50,745 nucleotides of DNA from Patescibacteria group bacterium (GCA_049322575.1 JBMORQ010000026.1:1-50745); one strand, 5' to 3'; numbered from the stretch's first letter, positions 36,202-46,212 are shown. Made by a program: numbers and translations. Notes: generated by a model not told the origin, from the sequence alone.

Positions 36202-36945
36202 CTAGTTGGCGTTGACAGGAATAGCTTTTGACCTATCTAGAGTAGGCATTTGAGGGTTTGTAAACATTTCCAATATTCCTAAACTACGCAAACATTCATA
36301 GGCGTTTTCACCAATTGCATTAAACCTCTCCATAGTTGCATCAAGGCGTCGCTTGATTTCGTGCTTTTCTTGCTCAAAACGATCTCTCGCACCGCTCACC
36401 GATCTATAAACCACCGTTTGGCCAGCAGTCTCTGGCTCAAGGCTGCCAAGTTCAGATATGGCAGTATTAATCCTCTTCTCTTCCTTCTCCAATCGACTTA
36501 TCTTTTCCTGCAGAACAATTTTCTGGATGATTTCTAGGGTTTTAACAATTACAAGCAACTGCTGCTTACATTCTTGTGAAACTGTTTGAAGTACGTCCAA
36601 AGAGCTCATGACATTTAATGTCAGAGTTTTAAAAACACCAACTGCTTCTGGAATTTGAGGTTCACCAAATCGATTCCAAAGCTCAGCTGCTGCATTTTTT
36701 TCCAAAGCTGAATCAATTAGCAATCCAAGATTTTCTTGTAAAACCTGCAAATTAGCCTGAAGATACTGCCCCATCTCAGCTGGCAACTGACTCATTGTTT
36801 CTGTTATATCAGCCAAATTGAGACCAATTCTGGAAAGAAAAAAATGCTCTAATGCACTTAGGACTGGCCTTTCGCCATTAAACATTGTAGCGAGAGTTTC
36901 TCTCGACCGTCCTATTCCTGAGGTTCTAGCGCTGGTTTGTGGCAT
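36202..36945 (-). CDS. Hypothetical helical/coiled-coil protein downstream of cobalamin riboswitch
   Basis: ATG 36945 preceded by AAGGAG; heptad-like KISRLEKEEKRINTAISEL; no TM or signal peptide apparent. Confidence 0.65.
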   Translation of the reverse strand: MPQTSARTSGIGRSRETLATMFNGERPVLSALEHFFLSRIGLNLADITETMSQLPAEMGQYLQANLQVLQENLGLLIDSALEKNAAAELWNRFGEPQIPEAVGVFKTLTLNVMSSLDVLQTVSQECKQQLLVIVKTLEIIQKIVLQEKISRLEKEEKRINTAISELGSLEPETAGQTVVYRSVSGARDRFEQEKHEIKRRLDATMERFNAIGENAYECLRSLGILEMFTNPQMPTLDRSKAIPVNAN

Positions 36946-36969
36946 AAAAAAAGCTCCTTTCAAAGGAGC
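36946..36969 (-). terminator. Terminator / SD-sequestering hairpin of riboswitch expression platform
   Basis: GCTCCTT-TGA-AAGGAGC-T7 directly followed by ATG. Confidence 0.75.
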
Positions 36970-37041
36970 ATCTGGCAAAGGCTTTGCCGTTTAAAAATGT
37001 CGGCAAAAGCTCAAAGTCTCGATGCTCGTCGATTAATAATT

Positions 37042-37196
37042 GCTGAAGATCGGACTTTTTGCTTTCTAACACCTGGTTTTTGGCCAAAAGCAAATCACCG
37101 TTGCGGCACAGTCACGGATTTTCACCGTGTTCCACAGCTTAGTTTGTTACCTCCTGCATAGCCTGCGCTTGGTTTTGCGGGTGCGGTTACAAACTA
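37042..37196 (-). ncRNA. Cobalamin riboswitch
   Basis: Minus strand GCTG-TGGAA-CACGG-TGAAAAT-CCGTG-ACTGT-GCCGCA-ACGGT...AAGTCCGATCTT-CAGC matches J3/4, P4 T-loop, P5 and B12-box pattern. Confidence 0.82.
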
Positions 37197-37609
37197 TCAA
37201 TAGATTTATACAATTATGCAAATATTGCAAGGTGTAATTTCTATTACTTTTCCCCATTTTTGGTTCATAAAAAAATATAGGACAAAATTTGCACTCTTTT
37301 ACAACAATATAGGATCTTTTTGTGGATAATCTGTTGATAAAAAATTGACAAATGTTTATCGTCTCAAAAAAGCGTTAAAAAGTCATTGCCTACCCAAACA
37401 ACTGCTGATTAACACTTGATCACTAACGCGTCGAATCAATGCAATTTGACCCTTGACCCATTTGATACTACTCTGCTACTTTTAAGGTAATAAAGGCAAA
37501 CTTTGATCCAAATTGAAATACTCCTCACCACCGGATCAGCTTGTACATTTAAAAAGTAACATTTACTGGCGTCATTGCCCGAGCGGCAATCGCAACTTAC
37601 AAGGAATCC

Positions 37610-37891
37610 ATGACAGACCAATTTGTCGCCAATCAGAACTATGATCTAGAGGGTGAGGACAAAAGAACCGGCCGCGTCGCCGATGCAACTAAATTAGACA
37701 TCAACAATTTACCCGATCTTCTTACAGTGCGTGAAGTCGCTGATTTGTTGCGCGTCTCACCTCTAACCATCAAGCGCTGGGGCAAACGCGGCAAATTGCC
37801 AGCAATTCGCATCAACTCTAGGGGCGATCGCCGTTATAAGAAGGAGGCTGTGCTTTGGCTGCTCGGTATAAATCCCGAGGGCGACGAGTAG
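37610..37891 (+). CDS. Excisionase-family / BldC-like winged HTH DNA-binding protein
   Basis: LLTVREVADLLRVSPLTIKRWGKRGKLPAIRINSRGDRRY. Confidence 0.88.
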   Translation: MTDQFVANQNYDLEGEDKRTGRVADATKLDINNLPDLLTVREVADLLRVSPLTIKRWGKRGKLPAIRINSRGDRRYKKEAVLWLLGINPEGDE

Positions 37892-38159
37892 GCTTTTCCT
37901 GCTCATCACCTATAGTTTGCAGCAAAAATACAACAGGTTTGTTTTCATCAGTTTTTTTCCTGGTAAAACCAAGAAAACATTGCGCTACGATCGGACACTC
38001 TTTGGACATTTCACAAATGATTTGAGTAACACCCTGAAAAGTCTCCAAGCGTATTACCTCCTCGTATCTATGAGGGCACTCTAGAGGAATGAAAGGATCG
38101 CCATCGATCTCAGGCAATGGTCCATATTTTGGCAGTAGTTCTGCGGGACTAATTAACAT
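37818..38159 (-). CDS. Hypothetical protein
   Basis: 113-aa ORF; 3' end overlaps convergent HTH gene by 74 nt. Confidence 0.35.
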   Translation of the reverse strand: MLISPAELLPKYGPLPEIDGDPFIPLECPHRYEEVIRLETFQGVTQIICEMSKECPIVAQCFLGFTRKKTDENKPVVFLLQTIGDEQEKPTRRPRDLYRAAKAQPPSYNGDRP

Positions 38160-38266
38160 ATTTGTTATGTAAAAAACAAGGGCTGCATTCTCTAACGCTT
38201 TCTATATATCTCCAAGACGCATTTAATATGTAAAACTGGCTTTTTTGATATATAATCGCCTCTTGT

Positions 38267-39499
38267 ATGGTCGAGCTTTTACTAAAAAAAGAACAAGATA
38301 TTGACACTCCATATGGCGAATTACCAATTGGCTTCTCAACTGGCGCCGCTCACCCCTTTTCTCCAGAAGGACAGTTAGAAAGACTTAAAGCATTGGCAGA
38401 AACTACTACACCAAAGCGAGTTCCTCTCGAAATTAACCTCTGGACCTGGAAGCAAGTAGAAGAACTAAAAACAAATACACGCTTCCAAGCGTTACTAATT
38501 CAACACAAACAACGAGGAGGCAAATTAATTTTCCACTCCCCACCGCCAGAAAAAGATCAAAGTCACAGTCATCCGACCTTTGATCCAACCGACCCCCAAA
38601 CACTCAACCGATTTCAATCCTTAAAGCAATTGGCGATGTCTTTCCAAGTAGAATACGTAGTTTTTCACCCTTATTGGTTTAAAAAGCCGGAAGATCTTGT
38701 AACTCTGTGGGCAAGTAGTAATTCCTCCCAGGATAAGATCGCTCATTCAGTCACACCAGCAATTGAAGCAGCAGATATTAGACAACTGCGGTGGATGACA
38801 GCTGAAGCCCTTAAACAGTTCATTTTGCTTGGGGCCAGAGCTCATGTTGACCTCGGCCACCTGCTAAGTTTGCTCAATGTCGGAGCTGCACCCGAGACTG
38901 TTGCCAAGGTATTTAGAGAGCTCTGTCAACTAAACCCAATCGGATTTCATGTTAGCGATGTAGTAAGCGATTACCAAAACGGCCAGGCAGTCCAAAGCGG
39001 CAGACACGCACCGGTCTCAGAAATTTCAGATCCTATAAAAGAAAAGCTTTTGGCATATATGCTCTCAACCATTCGCACCAAACTTCCCCAAGCACCGATC
39101 ACTATCGAAAGTCCAGTTTCTCCCACAAAACTTAACGAGATTTTTGGTAGAAACGGAAGCAAAGAGGCAACCACTAGCAGCAACGCTACTCTGGAATACT
39201 GGTTGATTATGGCCTTCTATCTTTCTGTAGCTGAATCAAACGATCTTCGAGAAGAAACTGTCAGAGCTAGTCACTCAATTGCAATTCTTAAAAAGGCTCT
39301 AAAGCTGGCTGATGAAATACTGGATTTTGTTCCAGCTGGCCCTGATAGTCTGCACAAAAAAATTGAACTTTTATCTCAAGCTAGAGAAATGATGAAAAGG
39401 CTCACTTTGGTCAAACTAATTTCAGAAGAATATCAAAACACCATTAGTTTAATCAAGATTCTTGAGAATTTTCTCCAAGACTTTGAAACAAACAACTAG
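38267..39499 (+). CDS. Xylose isomerase-like / AP-endonuclease-2 TIM-barrel protein with helical C-terminal extension
   Basis: Ordered metal motifs FHSP, VFHP, AIE, VDLGH, FHVSD, RHAP, ITIE. Confidence 0.65.
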   Translation: MVELLLKKEQDIDTPYGELPIGFSTGAAHPFSPEGQLERLKALAETTTPKRVPLEINLWTWKQVEELKTNTRFQALLIQHKQRGGKLIFHSPPPEKDQSHSHPTFDPTDPQTLNRFQSLKQLAMSFQVEYVVFHPYWFKKPEDLVTLWASSNSSQDKIAHSVTPAIEAADIRQLRWMTAEALKQFILLGARAHVDLGHLLSLLNVGAAPETVAKVFRELCQLNPIGFHVSDVVSDYQNGQAVQSGRHAPVSEISDPIKEKLLAYMLSTIRTKLPQAPITIESPVSPTKLNEIFGRNGSKEATTSSNATLEYWLIMAFYLSVAESNDLREETVRASHSIAILKKALKLADEILDFVPAGPDSLHKKIELLSQAREMMKRLTLVKLISEEYQNTISLIKILENFLQDFETNN

Positions 39500-39527
39500 T
39501 TTCTCGCTCAAAAATTTACGGGGAACC

Positions 39528-40385
39528 CTACCAAATCTCTCTTGCTACCCACCCCCAAAACTTAATCAATCGCAATTGTCTTCTCCACCGCCAAGGTTCG
39601 GTTAATAAACGGAAAAGCCATTCTAAAGCCAAATTCTGCATCCAAACTGGTGCTCTTTTAGCTTTACCCAAAATAAAATCAATTGACCCACCCACCGACA
39701 TCGCTAGCTTTACACCAGAGTCAGTCAGAAAATCTTTATGATCAATCAGCCATTTTTCTTGCAAAGGCGCACCAAAAGCCACCAAAACACCATCGGGCTT
39801 TAGACTAGAAACTTGCTGTAATAATTTATTTTCTTCATCCTGCCCAGGGCAATTAACATCTTCATACGCTGATGTCCAAAAAAAACTCAATCTTTTGCCA
39901 GCTGATACATTGGAAAACTCGTATAAATCTAGCTGGTTTTTTTCTTTAATTTGCCAGTTATTGGTAAGTTTTAGCTGGTGATAATCTCTACCACCAATTA
40001 CCAAAATCTTTTGGTCATGGTTAGCAGCCATTTCTAACAAATTTCTGACAATATCAACCCCAGTAATGCGCTCTGTTAATGACCGAGCTCGCAACTTGTT
40101 AGAATCTTTAGCCAATTTACTAATAATTTTTGAAGCAATAACCAAGCCAGCTCCATCAGGAATAAGAACATCAGCTGCCTGCAAGTGACTTAAAAAGGTC
40201 GGATTCTCTCTCGATAAAACAATCTGCTCGGCATTGGGAGTTAATAGAATTGTCACTTTCTTTTCAAAAATCAATCTGTCCTTTAGCCAAACAAGCAATT
40301 GATTTTTCCGGCCATTAAAAATTTCAAGCTCAAAAAATCTGCTAAAACTCAACTGATTCTGACCATCAACGGTGCTATTATTCAT
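39528..40385 (-). CDS. WecB/TagA/CpsF family glycosyltransferase
   Basis: TPNAE, IPDGAG, ERITGVD, AFGAPLQEKW, VGGSIDF, RAPVWMQNLALEWLFRL. Confidence 0.95.
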   Translation of the reverse strand: MNNSTVDGQNQLSFSRFFELEIFNGRKNQLLVWLKDRLIFEKKVTILLTPNAEQIVLSRENPTFLSHLQAADVLIPDGAGLVIASKIISKLAKDSNKLRARSLTERITGVDIVRNLLEMAANHDQKILVIGGRDYHQLKLTNNWQIKEKNQLDLYEFSNVSAGKRLSFFWTSAYEDVNCPGQDEENKLLQQVSSLKPDGVLVAFGAPLQEKWLIDHKDFLTDSGVKLAMSVGGSIDFILGKAKRAPVWMQNLALEWLFRLLTEPWRWRRQLRLIKFWGWVAREIW

Positions 40386-40429
40386 TAGCTAATTTTATCA
40401 TCAACCAGAGACAAGGTATAATATTGATA

Positions 40430-43375
40430 ATGAATCTTGCAGAATTGCGTACCAGACATTCACGATTAATATATCGAGGTTTTTCCTGGAAATTACTTGG
40501 TTCGAATCTCCATATCACTGCCGACTTCCTACTTGAACCATCGATTGTTTTTCAACCATTGCTAATAATTCAAGGCGTTGGCAAGGAGCGCGTCGAGCAG
40601 ATAGGTACTTCAAAACTCGACCTGCTTGCTTTTCACCTCGGGCTAGCAGAGTTACCCAGCTATTGGAAAGCAGCCTGTCCCGCGGAAATTGTGGTAGAAG
40701 CTGGCCCTCTAACAGAGAAACAAATTAAATGGTGGCGCAAGCTAATTATCAAAGGTTTGGGAGAATTTTTTTACCTCAATAAAATCGACTTTACTCAAGA
40801 CAATTTCCTCAAAATTCGTTCCGTTTCCGAGAAAATAATCCCAACCGTCCCCTCCTCCTCTGCCATGGCCTTTGTTAAAACATCAGCCTCTCCGACAGTT
40901 TTCGAAGGCACTCCAATTCTAACCAATACAGAGACAGCCACTGATAAACCAACCTTTCACTGCAAAGACATCTTGGACCCAGAAGAAATCATCTGCACTC
41001 CAAAAAAGACTGATTTACCAGAGTGTTTGGTACCTATCGGCGGTGGAAAAGATTCGGCCTTAACCATTAGTCTGCTGCAACAACATGATCTACCTTTCTC
41101 TGTTCTCCTACTCGGTCCACACTCACCTGCTGCAAATGAGATCGCCAAAAAATCAAAGGCAACTGAAATCATACGAGCAAGGCGCCAAATTGACCCAAAA
41201 TTACTTGAACTAAACCGAGCTGGATACCTTAACGGCCACACACCTTTTAGTGCCTATTTAGCCTTTTTAAGCAGCTTAGTGGCACAACTTTTTCGAAAAG
41301 ACAGGGTCCTACTCTCGAACGAGTCCTCTGCAAATGAAGGAAATGTTCTTTTCCATAGCCAAACAATCAACCACCAATATTCAAAAACCCTTGAGTTTGA
41401 GACTGCTTTTCGTCAGTATGCTTCAGAATACCTTGCCACACCGGAATACCTCTCTTGGTTGAGACCTCTCAACGAGCTACAAATAGCACGACTTTTCAGT
41501 CAATTCAGTAAATACAGACCAATTTTTAGAAGTTGTAACGTTGGTCAACAAAAAAATATTTGGTGTGGACATTGTCCGAAATGTCTTTTTGTTTACTCAA
41601 TGCTGGCACCATTTGTCGATCAAGCGATTTTGAGTAAAGAAATTTTCGATCATAATCTTCTCGAAGACCAAGATAATTTACAATTTGCAACTGAGTTGCT
41701 TGGATTCTCAAAGCAAAAACCGTTTGAGTGTGTGGGCACTTACGAAGAAGTTCAAGCAGCTTTTTATCTAATCATCAATCAATATTATCGATCTGGACAA
41801 CAAATTCCCTCAGTTGTTGCTGGAGTTTTTGACCGTCTATCCAACAATTTGGATGGCTGGCAACGCAGAGTACAAAAACTCCTCAGCGGCTGGCAACCAC
41901 ACCACCATCTCGATGAGAAATTGGAACATATTTTGAGATCAGAAGTCATCTCAAACCAACTAAGAGGCCAATTTTCTGATAAAACAATTGCTATTCTCGG
42001 CCTAGCGAGAGAGGGTCTATCGACATACAGCTTCATTCGCCAATACTTACCTAAAACAAAAATCGTACTACTAGATCAAAAAACGACAGATGAACTCTTC
42101 GAGTCAGAGGAAGAAAAAAAACTTCTCGAAAAAATTATGGAAGATGACAAAACCGATCTACTTTTAGCAGAAGAACACCAAAAGTTCCTTAAAGAACAAA
42201 CAAATAATCACACTGTTCTGTTTAAAGCACCTGGCATACCAAAGAGCATTGCCCTTATTCAGACTGCTCTGAAACGAGGAGCACAACTCCACTCACAAAC
42301 CCAATTATTCTTCGAACTTTGTCCCGCTAGAATAATCGGCGTTACCGGTACTAAGGGCAAAAGCACCACCTCGTCCCTGATTCACCATCTACTCAAGGAA
42401 ACAGGACGAAAAAGCGTCCTTGTTGGCAACATTGGCTCACCAGCTTTGCAAAGTTTGATCAAGATAGACTCAGAAACAGAAGTAGTTTATGAACTTTCTT
42501 GCCACCAATTAGATAGCATAAAGCAAAGTCCAGAGATCGCTGTCGTCCAAAGAATAACCTCAGAACACCTTGATTACTACGCCACAACCCAGGAGTATGT
42601 TGCTGCTAAATCAGCCATAACAAAACATCAATCGAAGAATGACTATGTCATCTATTGTTCTGATTTTGAGGGTGCAACAAAATCAATTGTTGATCTCAGC
42701 CCAGGAATAAAACTTCCATTTTCATTGGAAAATCCTACTGAAGAACAAAAGAGCGTCGATCTTTCCGGTAGCAAACTGCCCGGAAAACACAACCTATATA
42801 ATCTTGCTCCCGCAGTTAAAATTGGCCAATTGCTTGGAATACCAGATGCAGAGATTAGTCATGTTCTCAGCAGCTTCTCTGGACTTCCTCATCGTCTTGA
42901 GTATGTTGCTACTATTCGGCAAGTCGACTATTTCAACGACTCTCTCGCAACAATGCCAGATGCAACTGTTCGTGCCATTGAAAGCTTTACCGGTCGGCCA
43001 ATCACCCTAATTGCCGGAGGATATGATCGACATCAAGATTTTATGGAACTTGTCGAAACAATCTCTAACTCAACTGTTCGGACCATCGTCCTCTTTCCAA
43101 CAACTGGTGCAAGATTAAAGGAGGAACTAAAAAACAACCAACCAAAGACTAACCAACATAGAAAAAAGGCCATTTTGCCAGCTATCTTTGATGCAAACTC
43201 AATGAAAGAGGCTGTTGAGATAGCTTTTAGAGAAACCCAACCTGGAGGAGTTGTTCTAATGAGTCCAGCAAGCGCTAGTTTTGGCATGTTCAAAGATTAT
43301 GCCCAGAGAGGTCATGTTTTTAAACGACTTGTTAAAGACATCCAGGAAGACATAAATGGGAGTTCTGAGAAGTAA
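40430..43375 (+). CDS. murL-murD: Fusion of MurL-like UDP-MurNAc-L-Ala-L-Glu epimerase and MurD-type ligase
   Basis: N-half SYWKAACP, GGGKDS, NGHTPFS, SNESSA, NHQYSK, FRSCN, WCGHCPKC, KPFECVG; C-half GVTGTKGKSTT, GNIG, YELS, EHLDY, HRLE, NDSLAT, SPASASF. Confidence 0.82.
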   Translation: MNLAELRTRHSRLIYRGFSWKLLGSNLHITADFLLEPSIVFQPLLIIQGVGKERVEQIGTSKLDLLAFHLGLAELPSYWKAACPAEIVVEAGPLTEKQIKWWRKLIIKGLGEFFYLNKIDFTQDNFLKIRSVSEKIIPTVPSSSAMAFVKTSASPTVFEGTPILTNTETATDKPTFHCKDILDPEEIICTPKKTDLPECLVPIGGGKDSALTISLLQQHDLPFSVLLLGPHSPAANEIAKKSKATEIIRARRQIDPKLLELNRAGYLNGHTPFSAYLAFLSSLVAQLFRKDRVLLSNESSANEGNVLFHSQTINHQYSKTLEFETAFRQYASEYLATPEYLSWLRPLNELQIARLFSQFSKYRPIFRSCNVGQQKNIWCGHCPKCLFVYSMLAPFVDQAILSKEIFDHNLLEDQDNLQFATELLGFSKQKPFECVGTYEEVQAAFYLIINQYYRSGQQIPSVVAGVFDRLSNNLDGWQRRVQKLLSGWQPHHHLDEKLEHILRSEVISNQLRGQFSDKTIAILGLAREGLSTYSFIRQYLPKTKIVLLDQKTTDELFESEEEKKLLEKIMEDDKTDLLLAEEHQKFLKEQTNNHTVLFKAPGIPKSIALIQTALKRGAQLHSQTQLFFELCPARIIGVTGTKGKSTTSSLIHHLLKETGRKSVLVGNIGSPALQSLIKIDSETEVVYELSCHQLDSIKQSPEIAVVQRITSEHLDYYATTQEYVAAKSAITKHQSKNDYVIYCSDFEGATKSIVDLSPGIKLPFSLENPTEEQKSVDLSGSKLPGKHNLYNLAPAVKIGQLLGIPDAEISHVLSSFSGLPHRLEYVATIRQVDYFNDSLATMPDATVRAIESFTGRPITLIAGGYDRHQDFMELVETISNSTVRTIVLFPTTGARLKEELKNNQPKTNQHRKKAILPAIFDANSMKEAVEIAFRETQPGGVVLMSPASASFGMFKDYAQRGHVFKRLVKDIQEDINGSSEK

Positions 43376-43411
43376 AAATACTACGCGGATAGCCAAATAA
43401 CCAATCAGAGG

Positions 43412-44434
43412 CTAATTTCTGTAGCCCAAACTGGATTTGAACATTTCCAAATGTTGAGAGACGGTGGCTATACCCTCGATCACCGCTCGATCCGGCTCCT
43501 CAACTACCGAAACGGGTACACCAAGTTTCTTGATCAGCCAATCCTCCAAACCAGTCAGCCTTGACCAGCCCCCAGACAAAAGTAACCCCTTATCAATGAT
43601 ATCGGTTGTTAACTCTGGCGGAATCTTAGCCAAAAGCCGTTTGAGTAACTCATCGTAACGCTCAGCCAACTTTAAAAAAGGTTCGGCTATCATCAACGAA
43701 TTGACAAGTAGTTCAGTGGGTGCATTGTCATCAAGACTTTTACCAGTCACAGCAAAACTAGGTTGTACATCATTAAGAAAGACTGAGCCAACTCTCTGTT
43801 TAATCTCTTCACAGTCTTCAAAACTGACTAGCGTTTTCTGACCCTGGCGCAAAGACTTTTGTAACAATAAATCTGCCTCAAAACCAGCCCGAAGTGTAGA
43901 CTCCCAAGCCACCATGCTACCTAACGAAACTACTGCCCCCTCCACTACACCAGCTCCCATCTGCAAAATAAACGCACCCGAGGCATCAGCAACAGGTACT
44001 CCTGCACCAATAATTGCTGCCAGAGGCTGAGCAATAATGGAAACCTCTCCCATACCAAGCGATTGAAAGAGATCAACCACAATCTGCTGGTCAACTTTTG
44101 TTGAGCTTGCTGGCATACTAACCATCACGGATGGTGTAAGAAAGCTTCTACCAACGGCTTGATCCAACAAATTCCTGACAAAAATCCTGGCGTATTCTAA
44201 GTCAAAAACCACACCTCGACGGATCGGATAAACAACTTTTATGTGCTTACCGACCCTACCCACCATTTCTACAGCCTCATCGCCAACTGCCAGAACTTGA
44301 CGAGCCCGAGTGTCAACAGCTAAGCATGTCGCCTCGTCGACTACCAAACCTTTTTTATCAGTCCAGATTCTCGTCCGGCTACTACCCAGATCAACCCCAA
44401 GCCGATTGGTAAAATTAAGAGAAAAAATTCGCAT
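43412..44434 (-). CDS. mreB: Divergent MreB-like actin-fold protein
   Basis: GVDLGS, YPIRRGVV, QPLAAIIGAG, EEIK, PPELTTDIIDKGLLLSGG. Confidence 0.85.
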   Translation of the reverse strand: MRIFSLNFTNRLGVDLGSSRTRIWTDKKGLVVDEATCLAVDTRARQVLAVGDEAVEMVGRVGKHIKVVYPIRRGVVFDLEYARIFVRNLLDQAVGRSFLTPSVMVSMPASSTKVDQQIVVDLFQSLGMGEVSIIAQPLAAIIGAGVPVADASGAFILQMGAGVVEGAVVSLGSMVAWESTLRAGFEADLLLQKSLRQGQKTLVSFEDCEEIKQRVGSVFLNDVQPSFAVTGKSLDDNAPTELLVNSLMIAEPFLKLAERYDELLKRLLAKIPPELTTDIIDKGLLLSGGWSRLTGLEDWLIKKLGVPVSVVEEPDRAVIEGIATVSQHLEMFKSSLGYRN

Positions 44435-44590
44435 CACTACTGGTATAATACACTAATAGACTATTTGTAAAATAAGATTTCGTCAGACCTGCTGAGAAAT
44501 TAAAATTTATAAAAACTGGTTTTTCGATTGTTTGCCATCATAGTTTGACATATAGATCCAAAACCACTGTCTAACAAACATCTAAGAAAA

Positions 44591-46045
44591 ATGAAGAACA
44601 AGTCTGCCCCCCATCAACAAAATACTGCTGATTCAAGTGGTTTGCCAAATCCGCAACACAATCCACCGATCTCACCCCAAGCTAATCAACCAACCCAGTC
44701 AAATAAAAGTGCTATTCATTTTGGCCTAATCAGCACTTTTTTATCAGCAGCGGTAATTATTGCCGGAGCTTTTTTTGCCATCCAATATGCCAAGGGTAAC
44801 TATCGCCTTACCCAACAAGGTTTTGCTGACAAAACTGGTCTGCTCAGCGCCAACTCTTTCCCCACTGGAGCTCAAGTTTTTATCGATGGGCAACTAGCCA
44901 CGGCCACCGATGATACGCTATACCTCGAGCCAGGTGATTACACAGTAGAAATCATTAAAGACGGATATTCCAACTGGAAAAAACTATTAAAAATTGAAGA
45001 GAGCTTAGTAACCCAGACTAACGCTCAACTATTTCCCACCACACCAACACTGATTCCTCTAACTTTTACTGGAGTCAAAAACATCTCGCCATCACCAGAC
45101 GGACAAAAACTCGTTTTTTACACTGCATCGGCATCAAGTCAGCTCAAAAATGGCCTATACGTCTTAGAGTTATCTAGCAGCAACCTGTTACCCAGCCAAA
45201 AATCACCCCGCCAATTGACCGAAGACGATTCCAACATGGATTTGTCTACAGCTCGTTTTATCTGGTCACCCGATAGCAACGAGTTAATCGTAGTAGATGA
45301 GGCAAAGGAAGTTTTGCTTGACATTAGCCGCAAAGTTCGCCTCGAGGAACAACCCGATATCCGTCTAAAAAAGAAACAAATCTTGAGCGAGTGGGAAGAA
45401 GAAATGTATCTGCGAGAAAGGCAATATTTGGCAGAATTCCCAGAACCCATGATCGAAATTGCCACTTCATCAGCAAAAAATGTCTACATCTCGCCTGATA
45501 AAAAGAAGCTCCTCTATACTGCTACCTCGGAGGTAGACCTGCCAGAAAACTTAATTCCACCTGTTCCAGCCACTAGCAACCAACCAGAACAACGTCACCT
45601 TCTCCCAGGTCACATTTATATTTATGACAGAGAAGAAGATAAAAACTTTGCCATCGGCATGGAGAAAGGCGAAGTACAAACAGCTAAAAACCTACTTGCG
45701 ACTGATTTATCGAACGAAAAACCGCTCGACCTGATCTCCTCACCCAGCGCTTTTCAAACTTTGCAGGCAAGCACCTCTGCTCAAACTGCCATTAACTTTG
45801 GCGCCTACCACAGTTCACTATTTATCAATACCCTCCAGTGGTATTCTGACTCGAGACATGTCTTGTACGCTGATGATAATACCATTCGTATCATGGAATA
45901 TGATGGTACCAATAACAACACGGTGTACTCAGGACCTTTTGCAGAAAATTTCGTCTACCCATGGCCAGATGGCAGTCGGCTAATCATACTAACTGCCTTC
46001 AGTCCAGATTCCCCGCTCAATTTGTACGCTATTGAGATAAAATAG
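44591..46045 (+). CDS. PEGA-domain membrane protein with TolB-like propeller repeats
   Basis: TM, GLLSANSFPTGAQVFIDG..LEPGDYTVEIIKDGY; SPDG/WSPD repeats. Confidence 0.85.
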   Translation: MKNKSAPHQQNTADSSGLPNPQHNPPISPQANQPTQSNKSAIHFGLISTFLSAAVIIAGAFFAIQYAKGNYRLTQQGFADKTGLLSANSFPTGAQVFIDGQLATATDDTLYLEPGDYTVEIIKDGYSNWKKLLKIEESLVTQTNAQLFPTTPTLIPLTFTGVKNISPSPDGQKLVFYTASASSQLKNGLYVLELSSSNLLPSQKSPRQLTEDDSNMDLSTARFIWSPDSNELIVVDEAKEVLLDISRKVRLEEQPDIRLKKKQILSEWEEEMYLRERQYLAEFPEPMIEIATSSAKNVYISPDKKKLLYTATSEVDLPENLIPPVPATSNQPEQRHLLPGHIYIYDREEDKNFAIGMEKGEVQTAKNLLATDLSNEKPLDLISSPSAFQTLQASTSAQTAINFGAYHSSLFINTLQWYSDSRHVLYADDNTIRIMEYDGTNNNTVYSGPFAENFVYPWPDGSRLIILTAFSPDSPLNLYAIEIK

Positions 46046-46100
46046 CTTGACTTGGGTTTTAAAAATCTCTTAAAGCCCAGAGATTTACTTGTAAAGAAAA

Positions 46101-46174
46101 CGGAGTGTAGCTCAGATGGCTAGAGTGCGTCGTTCGGGACGACGAGGTCGCAGGTTCGAGTCCTGTCACTCCGA
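46101..46174 (+). tRNA. tRNA-Pro(CGG)
   Basis: CGGAGTG/CACTCCG acceptor, CGTCG-TTCGGGA-CGACG. Confidence 0.97.
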
Positions 46175-46212
46175 CTAATAAAAAAACAGACATCAAGCTG
46201 TTTTTTTATTAG
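46175..46212 (+). terminator. AT-rich hairpin after tRNA-Pro
   Basis: CTAATAAAAAAACAG-ACATCAAG-CTGTTTTTTTATTAG. Confidence 0.6.

Noticed and set aside
36937-37161. 74-aa plus-strand ORF
   Set aside because: Antisense to the cobalamin riboswitch and its expression platform
37610-37891. Prophage or ICE marked by an excisionase
   Set aside because: No integrase, phage or conjugation genes nearby
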